Origin: Candidatus Marinacidobacterales bacterium | GTDB lineage: Bacteria; Acidobacteriota; Vicinamibacteria; Marinacidobacterales; DATDRI01 | DNA: 64,000 nt | Direction: 5' to 3' | Assembly: GCA_965226495.1 (NCBI GenBank) | Contig: OZ245365.1 | Coordinates: 5,280,001-5,344,000, forward strand | Shown: positions 56,020 to 64,000 of the stretch, piece by piece | Layout: each line of letters opens with the position of its first letter | How positions within the stretch are numbered: position 1 is the first letter of the stretch | Notes under the pieces: model-generated | The model's database searches: none | Told to the model about the DNA's origin: nothing | The model's input: the letters and a program-made list of their open reading frames with translations, nothing else | Position numbers and translations under genes: made by a program

Positions 56020-57204
56020 TCAGGAAGGTTTGAGTGCCGCGAGCTTGTCTGCGGCAGCGCGGAGAGTCTCTTCTCGCTTGCAAAAAGTGAAACGAACCTT
56101 TTGGGCACCGCCTTCGGGGCGGTGGTAGAAGCTCGAGCCCGGAACCACAGCCACGCCTATTTTCTCGATCAGATGCCGTGAAAAACTCACGTCGTCGGGA
56201 AAGCCGAAGCGTGAGATGTCGGTCATGACGTAATACGCTCCGTTCGGCTTATAACAGGAGAAACCCGCTTCTTCCAGGGCCGGCAGCAGAATGTCACGTC
56301 GAGTTCGATAGTCGACCGACAGTTGCCGGTAGTAGTCGTCCGGAAGCCCCAAAGCGACGACACCCGCCTCCTGTAAGGGGGCCGCCGCACCGACGGTCAG
56401 GAAGTCGTGCACCTTGCGGATTGCATCACTTAACACCGGAGGAGCCAACGCCCACCCGACTCTCCACCCGGTCAGGGAATACGTCTTGGACAGGCTGTTG
56501 ATGGTGACGGTACGTTCCCGCATGCCGTCCAGGGACGCGAGCGGTATGTGTTCGCCTTCGTAAAGGATGTGCTCGTAGATCTCGTCGGTGATGGCCACCA
56601 CGCCCCATTTCTGACAAAGGGCGGCGATCTGGGACAGCTCCTCCCGGGTGAACACCTTACCGGTCGGATTGTTGGGGGTATTGATGATGATGGCCCGCGT
56701 CCGATCGTTGAAAGCGGCGGCCAGCTCGTCTGGATCGAGTCGCCAGTCCGGCTCGTGGAGCGTCACGTAGCGCGGCACCGCGCCCGAAAGAATGGCATCG
56801 GGCCCATAGTTTTCGTAGTAAGGCTCGAAGAGCACGACTTCGTCTCCCGGATCCACCACACCCAACATGGCGGACATCATCGCCTCCGTGGAGCCACAGC
56901 ACACGACGAGCTCTTTCTCGGGATCGACGTCCATTCCATACACACGGCTGTAGTTCTCGGCTATCGCATTCCGAAACGACTTCGCTCCCCAGGTGATGGC
57001 ATATTGGTTGACGTCGGCCCGGATGGCGGCAACCGCCGCTTCCTTGATCTTATCGGGAGCCGGAAAGTCCGGGAATCCCTGCGCTAGGTTGGTTCCGCCG
57101 TGAATTTGGCAGAGGCGCGTCATCTCACGAATGACGGATTCGGTGAAAGACTCCGCCTTCTTGGATCCGGAGATCGATCTCGGTGTAGATGGATGGGATG
57201 ACAT
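56020..57204 (-). CDS. Class I/II PLP-dependent aminotransferase
   Basis: NLAQGFPDF, NTPNNPTG, DEIY, SLSKTYSLTGWRVG. Confidence 0.95.
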   Translation of the reverse strand: MSSHPSTPRSISGSKKAESFTESVIREMTRLCQIHGGTNLAQGFPDFPAPDKIKEAAVAAIRADVNQYAITWGAKSFRNAIAENYSRVYGMDVDPEKELVVCCGSTEAMMSAMLGVVDPGDEVVLFEPYYENYGPDAILSGAVPRYVTLHEPDWRLDPDELAAAFNDRTRAIIINTPNNPTGKVFTREELSQIAALCQKWGVVAITDEIYEHILYEGEHIPLASLDGMRERTVTINSLSKTYSLTGWRVGWALAPPVLSDAIRKVHDFLTVGAAAPLQEAGVVALGLPDDYYRQLSVDYRTRRDILLPALEEAGFSCYKPNGAYYVMTDISRFGFPDDVSFSRHLIEKIGVAVVPGSSFYHRPEGGAQKVRFTFCKREETLRAAADKLAALKPS

Positions 57205-57248
57205 GAAACGATGGCCCTCGCGAACTCAACTAAATAACCCTTGGTGGG

Positions 57249-59522
57249 TTACTCTGCAACCGCCTCAGGGGCGTAATAAACACGTCGATAGATCATTTCG
57301 TTACGAAGAACCAACTTGACGTAGTTGCGGGTCTCGGTAAACGGGATCTCTTCGATGAATTCTTCTGGATCTAGCTCGAGATCCATTCCCGTCCAAGCCC
57401 GGACCCGATGCGGCCCCGCATTGTAACTTGCCAGCGCGTAGTCCACCCTCCCCCCGAAGCGATTCAGCATTGACCGGAAGTAGTGAGTACCGAATCGGAT
57501 ATTCACCTCTGGATCGTACAGGTCCGCGCTCCGGTAACGCTGCCGCTGCTCGCGTGCGATGCTCTTGCCGGTAGCCGGCATGATCTGCATCAGCCCTCGG
57601 GCGCCAGCTCGGGAACGAATCTTCGGGTTGAACGTAGACTCTTGGCGGATGAGCGCCGCTACCAGATAAGGATCCAGTTTTGCTTCTTCCGAGTAACGCT
57701 CCACCACGTCCCAGAATCTCAGGGGGTAGATGATCTGCCAGATTTCCCGCGGCAGCAGATCCCCGGTGGCGGAAGTGTGAAAGGGAAACGCGCGCCGCAT
57801 CGTGAAGATCGCTTGCCCGGTGCGACCTTGCTGGAGGCGGATCCATGCCACGGTAGCCAGGAAGGCAGGATCGCCGTCACCCTCTTGACTACGCTCCGCT
57901 TCGAGCGTCGCCTGTTCGTAGAGCCCCATCGCCAGTAGCTGAGAAATGCGGGCCTGGCGATCGGTCCGGTAGACTCCCAGGGCGTCCTTCAGATCGATGC
58001 CGACGCGAGCCTGCTCGAGGGCAGCGATGGGCGCCAGAACGCCGCCGAGAAGCGTCAAGTGTTCCTCGGCTCGTCGGCCATAGTACGTGTTCTTGAAACC
58101 CACCAGGACTTGCCGATAGAGAGCAACGGCACGATCGACTTGACCCGAGCTCTCGTAGGCGCGCGCGCCCCAATAAAGGAATTGAGAAAACTCGTCCGCG
58201 GCCGGGTTCTCCCTTGCCACCTTGTCGAATCCGACCGCCGCCTCCTCATACATCCTCTGCCGATATTGGTCCCATAGGAGGCGCCACTGGGCAGGAGCGT
58301 AGTTCTTCCCACCCGGAAACTCCTTGACGAGCCTGCGACAGTAGTCAAGAGCGATTGCCTTCTCGTCGTGGTCCTCGTGATCCGTGGCGAGACTCCATAA
58401 AGCTTCTTCCACCCAAGGACCCTTGGGATCCATGCTGACGACTTCCGAAAGTTTGGTCCTGAAGGATTCGCGTCTTCGTCGCCGCCGATCGGCCAGCGCG
58501 CGATAGTAAGTCGCCTCCGGCTTGAGGTCCGGCCGTTTCACTTGCAGAAGGATTTGATCCGCGGTGCTACTTTGACGGCGTTCGTACTGGCAGATTCCAC
58601 GGCGCAAATGAACAAGGTCTTCGTCGACGTGTTTCTTGAAACGACTGAGTAGCGAGGTGTACGCATTGTAGGCGTCGCCATATCGCTCACTCTCGTAGAG
58701 AGTCTCGGCGCGCTCGAAAGCCAGCCGGTAGAGCTCACTCGTGTCTCGCGGCGAGGCTTTCTTACGGAGAGCGGTGAGCTTGCTTCCCGCGCCCTTAGCG
58801 AACGGGCTTGTCGGTATCTCATAGTAGAGCTCCTCGAGCAGTTCGGCCGCCTCCCGTTCTCGGCCAAGACTGATGAGCACATTGGCCAGCTCGAAGAGTC
58901 CCTCGTCCCTGACATCTTCTTGCCCATCCGCCAAAATGGCGCTGAACCGCCCTACCGCCTCTTCACGTTTTCCCTGCCGGACGAGGAGTCGACCGCTCCG
59001 AAGCCGGGCTTCATTAATAAGAGCGAAATCTGGATATTGAGTGGTGAGTTTGTCTAGGAGCTCAATGGCATCTGCCGGCTTCCTGTCATCGATCACCCCG
59101 CTGGCAAAGAAGAGAGCGTGCGCAGACAGCTCCGTCGAGTCTATCCAAGGGGAGAGGAAGTGCTCCACCGCCTCGTTTGGTCGCTTCGCGTCGAGCAACA
59201 CCAGCCCAGTCGCGAACTGGGCCAGACCTCGACTAAGTGGAGGCTCATCTTCGGAAGCGAGCACGGAAAGCCGGTCTAGCTTGTCACCCGTGGTAGACGA
59301 CGGAGCCTGGAGGACGTTGGAAAGTTGAACGAGCTCGTCTCCCGGGTGGCGAAAGGGCTCCCAGGGCAGGCTGGGGAACTCAGGTTGTGTCTCAGCGCGC
59401 GACGGTTTCGGAAACGAGAAAGGTCCAGGAACAACCGGGGACGCCGCCAGGAGTCCCAGCAACACGCCCAGTCCAACCAAAACAGACAGAGCCACGAGGG
59501 TTTTCCGATCGGTCCGGTTCAT
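57249..59522 (-). CDS. slt: Soluble lytic transglycosylase (Slt70-like) with TPR repeats
   Basis: IRQES.F, S.AGA.GLMQIMP.T, ALASYNAG, E.IPF.ETR.YV. Confidence 0.93.
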   Translation of the reverse strand: MNRTDRKTLVALSVLVGLGVLLGLLAASPVVPGPFSFPKPSRAETQPEFPSLPWEPFRHPGDELVQLSNVLQAPSSTTGDKLDRLSVLASEDEPPLSRGLAQFATGLVLLDAKRPNEAVEHFLSPWIDSTELSAHALFFASGVIDDRKPADAIELLDKLTTQYPDFALINEARLRSGRLLVRQGKREEAVGRFSAILADGQEDVRDEGLFELANVLISLGREREAAELLEELYYEIPTSPFAKGAGSKLTALRKKASPRDTSELYRLAFERAETLYESERYGDAYNAYTSLLSRFKKHVDEDLVHLRRGICQYERRQSSTADQILLQVKRPDLKPEATYYRALADRRRRRRESFRTKLSEVVSMDPKGPWVEEALWSLATDHEDHDEKAIALDYCRRLVKEFPGGKNYAPAQWRLLWDQYRQRMYEEAAVGFDKVARENPAADEFSQFLYWGARAYESSGQVDRAVALYRQVLVGFKNTYYGRRAEEHLTLLGGVLAPIAALEQARVGIDLKDALGVYRTDRQARISQLLAMGLYEQATLEAERSQEGDGDPAFLATVAWIRLQQGRTGQAIFTMRRAFPFHTSATGDLLPREIWQIIYPLRFWDVVERYSEEAKLDPYLVAALIRQESTFNPKIRSRAGARGLMQIMPATGKSIAREQRQRYRSADLYDPEVNIRFGTHYFRSMLNRFGGRVDYALASYNAGPHRVRAWTGMDLELDPEEFIEEIPFTETRNYVKLVLRNEMIYRRVYYAPEAVAE

Positions 59523-59621
59523 AGCATAGGGCTTCCGATATCAATATTATAGGCAGCTCTTTCCGAGCCTGCCGTGAGCCAGGGTATTAGATGTATATGG
59601 ATGTATAGGAATATATAAGGA

Positions 59622-60901
59622 CTAGTTGGGGTGCTGCCCCAGAGCTCCGGCATCTCCATCGGCAAGGATGCGTATCAGCTCTTCATCAAAGTAGCCCGTT
59701 GCGCCGCGAATATCGGAAGACACGCGCTCGGAATAAAGCTGCCTGCTCCGCTCGATGTCATCCCTCAACAGGTTGTAGATGCCTCGTTTCTGGCGACCCT
59801 GCTGAACCTTGGCTTCGTTATAAAGCTTGATCTCAGAAATAAGTTATAAAGCTTGAGACGCGCGAAACGCTTAGCGTCTTCGTGCTGCTTGCGCGTATCC
59901 GGGTCCATCGAGTCGAGAGAAGCGGGCGAGGAGGGAGGTGGAGCTGATGCGGGGGCACTCGGTGCGGCCCCTTGGGATAAGGCGTGCGCCTCGATGTCCT
60001 TGACGTTCAGCATCACGGTCCCCGAGTCCTCACCCGAAGTCGGTGCCGCCGGGGGAGCAGGAGGAGCAGGAGGAGCAAGAGGAGCAAGAGGCCCAGGAGG
60101 CGGGGTGACCGGCTCTTTGAGAGCCGCCATTCGATCCGATTGAAAGTCGCCGGAGGCTCTCCCCGCGGATTTGGCCGCGTTCATCAAGTCGAGTAACCGA
60201 CTGGCATAGAGGACGAGGATTTCGATCGCTTCGACATCGCCGAGCGGGTCGCGTGAGTCACCGCTGTCCGCATAAATGACTGCCCCCACTTTGTCCCTAA
60301 GGATGAGAGGCATGGCGAAGATGTTAGTGGGAAGGACGGTGCCGATTCTAGACAGCAGGTGCGCATTATCACGGTGCGCGCTGCTCTCACCGAAGAACCG
60401 CTGACGGGATTGCATGACGGCGCGAAAAACCGTGTCGGCGTTCGCGGGAACGGAGATCCGTTTGAGGGCGTCGTTACTAAAACCGGGGCTTTGGTCGAAT
60501 CCCAAGCCGTTCCAACCGATGCAGTTTCCGCCCTTGATCACGAAGAGAGCGATCCGAGGAGCGAACTGCGAGATCTCCTGAACGAGAGTGTTGAGCACTT
60601 CTTGGAGTGTGTTTCCGATTTCCAGTTGCGCCATGGCCGCGCGTACTTGAGGTAGCCGGCTCTCGGCGCCCCCACCACCGCCGCCGACCGACACCTCCCC
60701 GAGCTCCTGAACGAACGCGAGGATCTTCCCCTCGTCGATGTTCTCCTCGTACTTGGCCATTCGCGACTGGACGGAGTCCAGCTGACTGATGAGGCCATCC
60801 TGGATCCCGGACACCTCCCCGCGAAGCTCATTGGCCCAAGTGGAAAGCAGAGAATGAAATAAGGCCAGAGTTTTAGCTCGAAGCTGCTCCTCGTTACTCA
60901 T
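59622..60901 (-). pseudogene. GAF-domain protein with Pro/Ala linker and C-terminal 'RFARLLISEIKLYN' helical domain, disrupted by an 11-bp templated insertion at 59844-59854
   Basis: GAF-like PL.LRDKV.AVIYAD; removing AAGCTTTATAA restores a 422-aa ORF ending ...EELIRILADGDAGALGQHPN*. Confidence 0.8.
60054..60089. repeat. 4 x 9-bp tandem repeat encoding Pro/Ala linker
   Basis: GGAGCAGGA GGAGCAGGA GGAGCAAGA GGAGCAAGA. Confidence 0.7.
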
Positions 60902-61082
60902 CCTTTAATGCCCTGCGCCCGGTCACTAGAAAGAAAGACAAGCGCGCCTTAAAACCTCGAAGTCCTGCCAGTCGATAGGGTTACGAACGATTAGATGAGC
61001 CATTATCATACACGGTCCGGGGTAAGTCAAGATGTTTAAAGGCGTTTGGGGAGCTCGCGCCCCCCTCATGGCCCCGTCAGAG

Positions 61083-61111
61083 TTGCTACACACCCTAGTT
61101 AAATGTACAAT
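61083..61111 (+). promoter_or_regulatory. sigma70 promoter of ssrA
   Basis: TTGCTA-N17-TACAAT, 23 nt upstream of mature 5' end. Confidence 0.7.
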
Positions 61112-61134
61112 TTTGGGCAGGAAAGTTCCAACTT

Positions 61135-61482
61135 GGGGGCGCAATGGGTTCGACGGGGATAATTGATCCCGCTGCAGCATGCCGAGAGCCATCTACTCGT
61201 AAAAAAGGTGGGACAAAAACACAACTGCTGACCACAAGTTAGCATTAGCCGCTTAAGGCTACGTCCTCCCAGGCCTCGCCTGCGTGGTTTGGAAAGGGCG
61301 TCATTAGAGCAGGCTGGCCGCATTGCCACTCCCCGGGCAATCGGCGAGATTTAGGGGATAGCTTTCGTCGGGTCCTTGCCGGTTCCTAACCGGAGAAAGC
61401 GAAAAAATCGGAATCGGACAAGCATGTAGAAGCATCGGGTGAAGGTCTTCGGACGCGGGTTCGATTCCCGCCGCCTCCACCA
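61135..61482 (+). ncRNA. ssrA: tmRNA; tag peptide (A)ADHKLALAA* at 61227-61256
   Basis: 5' GGGGGCG..GGTTCGAC; 3' GACGCGGGTTCGATTCCCGCCGCCTCCACCA T-arm, Ala-type G.U acceptor stem and CCA; internal ORF ending LALAA-TAA. Confidence 0.97.
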
Positions 61483-61774
61483 ATGCAAAGAATTCGAACC
61501 GTCCTCCGGAGCGTCGCGAACTATCGAGTTATCGAGAAGCGCGGTCGTGTCGATGGAGCTCTTCGCCACATAGTAGGCCTTCCCGATATCCGGCCGCGTC
61601 CGGCTCCAATCGAATGGGACCGAGAAGACGGCGCAAGATCAAACCAAGACTTCCAGGAAAGAGAACCAGACAAAGTCCTTAAGTGGTGTGGTGAATCTCT
61701 TGAGCAAGACTAACCTCCGGCAAACGAAGGCGACCGGCCGGATGGCGGAGCCCAGCCAGTGCCAGGCCTTCACA

Positions 61775-61960
61775 TCACAGAGGCCAGCCTCTGAGGTACT
61801 TCACCACCTGGGCTAGCTTGTCGTTCAGTTCCTTCGGGACCTCTAGATTTCCCTTGCCGCTTTCAGCAAGTGCCGCAGAGTCGCCGACGTACTTTTCCAA
61901 CACATCCAGGTGGCCGTCTCTCGAGTCAAGGGTCCCGAGAATCTCTTCTTCTTCCGTCAT
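61775..61960 (-). CDS. Small hypothetical protein (61 aa)
   Basis: Strong AAGGAGGG RBS before ATG 61960; protein-like composition; no family recognised. Confidence 0.5.
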   Translation of the reverse strand: MTEEEEILGTLDSRDGHLDVLEKYVGDSAALAESGKGNLEVPKELNDKLAQVVKYLRGWPL

Positions 61961-62031
61961 TGGTCCCTCCTTGCAGCCTGACCCCATCTGGAAGCGGGGA
62001 GGGAGAGAGAGCTCATCTTCGTCAACTACCG

Positions 62032-62190
62032 CGGCACATTTATATTGGCAACTGCCCTTACGATGTCACCGAGGAGCAACTCCGTGAGCTCTTCGCCGCG
62101 TATGGCGAGGTGGATAGCGTTAAGCTCATCACGGACCGCGATACCGCCCGCCCCCGCGGCTTCGCTTTCGTCGAGATGCCCGACGCGTCA
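62032..62190 (+). pseudogene. RRM (RNP-1) RNA-binding protein remnant
   Basis: IYIGN.PY..TEEQLRELF..YGEV.SVKLITDRDT.RPRGFAFVEM; no start codon or RBS in front and C-terminal half replaced. Confidence 0.8.
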
Positions 62191-62433
62191 GAGGACTTTG
62201 GCGAAACTCCACGATCCAGTACGGCTAAGGCGATTGGTTTCAAGGCCTCAAGTGAAGATCGGATTCGGTATGGTACGTGGGACGTGCACAAGTCAAGCGG
62301 AGAGTTGATGTAGGGCTCTTGCGCGGGAGTGCGCCGTTTTTGCTGGAAGATGACACGGGCGAGAGGCCCGGGCCTATCCTCACTACCTTGTAGTTCCCGG
62401 TAACCAACCGGCCCCCAGGTTGGCCGCAGGAGT

Positions 62434-62999
62434 CTACTCCAGCCGGACGAGCGTGTAGCGGGTTTCGTTCTCCGGCGCCCACGGTAGAGTGAGAGTTAGC
62501 CGGAGGGTGTCGCCCTCGATCTCATACGTGTACGTCACGGAGCCGCCCGACATGAAGTTGGGGTTCTTGGCGACGTTGGGTCGAGTCGTGAGCGTCGATC
62601 CCGACACTTCGTACGTACCTGAGTTCGCAATGAACGAGTCATAAGCCGCTAGCTTCTCGGCATCTGTCGGCTCAGATGAGCCTACTACGGCTCATCCCCG
62701 GAGAAAAGCTCGCGGGGCTGGCTGCTGCCGTCTGGCGCGGACGGGACGTACATGATGCTGTAGTCTTGCTTCGCGAAAATGTAGAGACTCGGCTGTGGAT
62801 TTGCGTCGGTCCAACTGGTGTCGGGCGATTCGAACGAGACCTCAATGACTTTCCACGCACCCTCCAGGGCCCCCTGCATAGGCGCCTCTGTCTCCTCCGT
62901 GGTGGCCGCCTCTTCGCTGGGAAGCTCCTCTCCGGCTGGCGCGCAAGCGGTGAGGGGAACCACGAGGGCAGCAAGAATAAGAGCCGGGATTCGACTCAA
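62434..62999 (-). pseudogene. Lipocalin-like lipoprotein broken by a 20-bp hairpin-type insertion at 62668-62687
   Basis: GGAGG RBS, TTG start, lipobox LTAC, LEGAW, ANSGTYEV.G..L; removing 20 nt restores a 181-aa ORF. Confidence 0.8.
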
Positions 63000-63259
63000 C
63001 AGATCTCCACCTCCATTTCCTCCGCCTACTTCACACTTGGGCTTCCAGTGTCGCGTTTCACAAAGCTCTAGCCATGGAAGCAGCTCGAATGGATGAACGG
63101 CTCGCACACGGGTACCGCTTTGGGGGCAGCCGCGAGAGAAAGAGAACCGCGAAAGAGCCACGGCGGCTGAGAGCGGTTCGGCGCGACAACATCCGGCAGA
63201 AACAAACCAGCGGCTGCTCGTGATTACCGTCAAACTGCACCGGTTGCGATATCTCCTCC

Positions 63260-64000
63260 CTACCGTGTGCCCCAGCTCTTCTTCCGAAGCGTGACGACCG
63301 CCCAAGGTAGCATGACCAACGAGGCAACGATCCACATTGGGAGCATCGGCATCAAGGAAAAGAACCCCACCTTCCTTGCCGGAGGTAGCTGGAACGCCCA
63401 GTAGAAGGTCTGGTGCAGCAGGACAACAAGGGACAGACCGATCAGGTAACCGATCGGATTGATTGCCCCGGAAAGTGGCCCCACAAGAAGGAAATAGGTC
63501 ACAATGACCGGAGACATTAACGTTACAAGGAGAACAGCATAGAATGCCACCGCTGCGCCCCAGGGTCTTCTCCACATGTGTTTGGCGCCGATAATTGATT
63601 CCAGAACGAACGATCGCCGCCATCGTGTCTGTTGTTTGACGTACTTGGACAAATTTTCAGGTACAATCGTCTCTGCTCTGGCAATGGGCACGTACGTTGT
63701 CTCAAACCCATCACGCAGAATGAGATTTGTCAGACCTCGATCGTCGCCATAGGTCCGCTTAAGCCCCAAGAATCTCTGATTGAGCCATTCATCCATCAGT
63801 TTTCTTAGGATGTCTGTCCGGTATACGCTAAAGGCTCCCGAGCAGCAGACGACGCTCCTGAAGTAACCTTCAAGGGCCCGAAATGTTCTGAAGGCAATGA
63901 AGTATTGTTGTGTCTGCATTCTGGTTAACCAATTCGCATCGGCATTACGAACATCCGTGTGACCGCACACAGCGGCAACTCGCGAAGAATAAAATCCTCT
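63260..64000 (-). CDS. Processive GT2, hyaluronan synthase/NodC-like (5' part beyond window)
   Basis: CCSGAFS.YR, GDDR.LTN, QQTRW.RS (QxxRW) and C-terminal TMs ending WGTR; visibly more AT-rich than flanks. Confidence 0.88.
   Translation of the reverse strand, partial: RGFYSSRVAAVCGHTDVRNADANWLTRMQTQQYFIAFRTFRALEGYFRSVVCCSGAFSVYRTDILRKLMDEWLNQRFLGLKRTYGDDRGLTNLILRDGFETTYVPIARAETIVPENLSKYVKQQTRWRRSFVLESIIGAKHMWRRPWGAAVAFYAVLLVTLMSPVIVTYFLLVGPLSGAINPIGYLIGLSLVVLLHQTFYWAFQLPPARKVGFFSLMPMLPMWIVASLVMLPWAVVTLRKKSWGTR

Noticed and set aside
61483-61713. 76-aa ORF directly after tmRNA
   Set aside because: Starts at the CCA end without RBS and has no recognisable motifs
62999-63623. N-terminal 200 aa of the 312-aa ORF 62685-63623
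   Set aside because: Overlaps the GT2 gene out of frame; the real gene starts at TTG 62999 after a GGAGG RBS
1-64000. Numerous long opposite-strand or alternate-frame ORFs (e.g. 5976-6752, 12785-13795, 19322-20308, 39544-40533, 43470-44600, 51333-52160)
   Set aside because: Shadow ORFs of well-supported genes in high-GC DNA; Arg/Pro/Gly-rich with no motifs
1-64000. CRISPR array, integron attC array, rRNA, tRNA, integrase or transposase
   Set aside because: No regularly spaced repeat-spacer array or recognisable genes; the tRNA-like 3' end at 61452-61482 belongs to tmRNA

Overview
GC-rich bacterial chromosomal segment, most consistent with Acidobacteriota (probably Vicinamibacteria-like). 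This is inferred from an acidobacterial-type VWA protein and a Ser/Thr kinase-TolB/PD40 receptor ending in the NWFEELKRLVP motif. Left to right: (1) the 3' end of a PilB/GspE ATPase and a TPR protein. (2) A kinase/beta-propeller gene bracketed by a 51-bp imperfect direct repeat. (3) A peptide/amide-scavenging block (M24 peptidase, creatininase-family, decayed NosFY-like ABC, amidohydrolase, Tat M19 dipeptidase, and a large S8/S53-like protease with five tandem ~120-aa repeats). (4) TetR, XRE, DUF362 and an orphan rpoZ. (5) A lipid-linked glycosylation cluster (YfhO-like, GT2, FAD oxidoreductase, two GT-C-like proteins) mixed with NUDIX/TlpA/GDPD genes. (6) A ~16 kb respiratory locus: two cupredoxin-like lipoproteins, CtaA and DUF420, then a HEAT protein gene upstream of a Rieske-cyt b6-subunit IV-octaheme cytochrome c-aa3 oxidase operon. 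(7) A heterodimeric ABC exporter, glutaredoxin, Zn-ADH, TPR/CxxC protein, aminotransferase, Slt and a GAF protein. (8) tmRNA, followed by island-like gene debris and a lower-GC hyaluronan-synthase/NodC-like GT2 running off the end. Non-coding features include a 68-bp TA-flanked MITE-like element with solo ends at stop codons, two families of REP-like structured repeats (one with covariation), and two genes broken by locally templated 11- and 20-bp insertions. No CRISPR array, integrase or transposase was seen. All calls are from motif recognition by eye; no searches were run.
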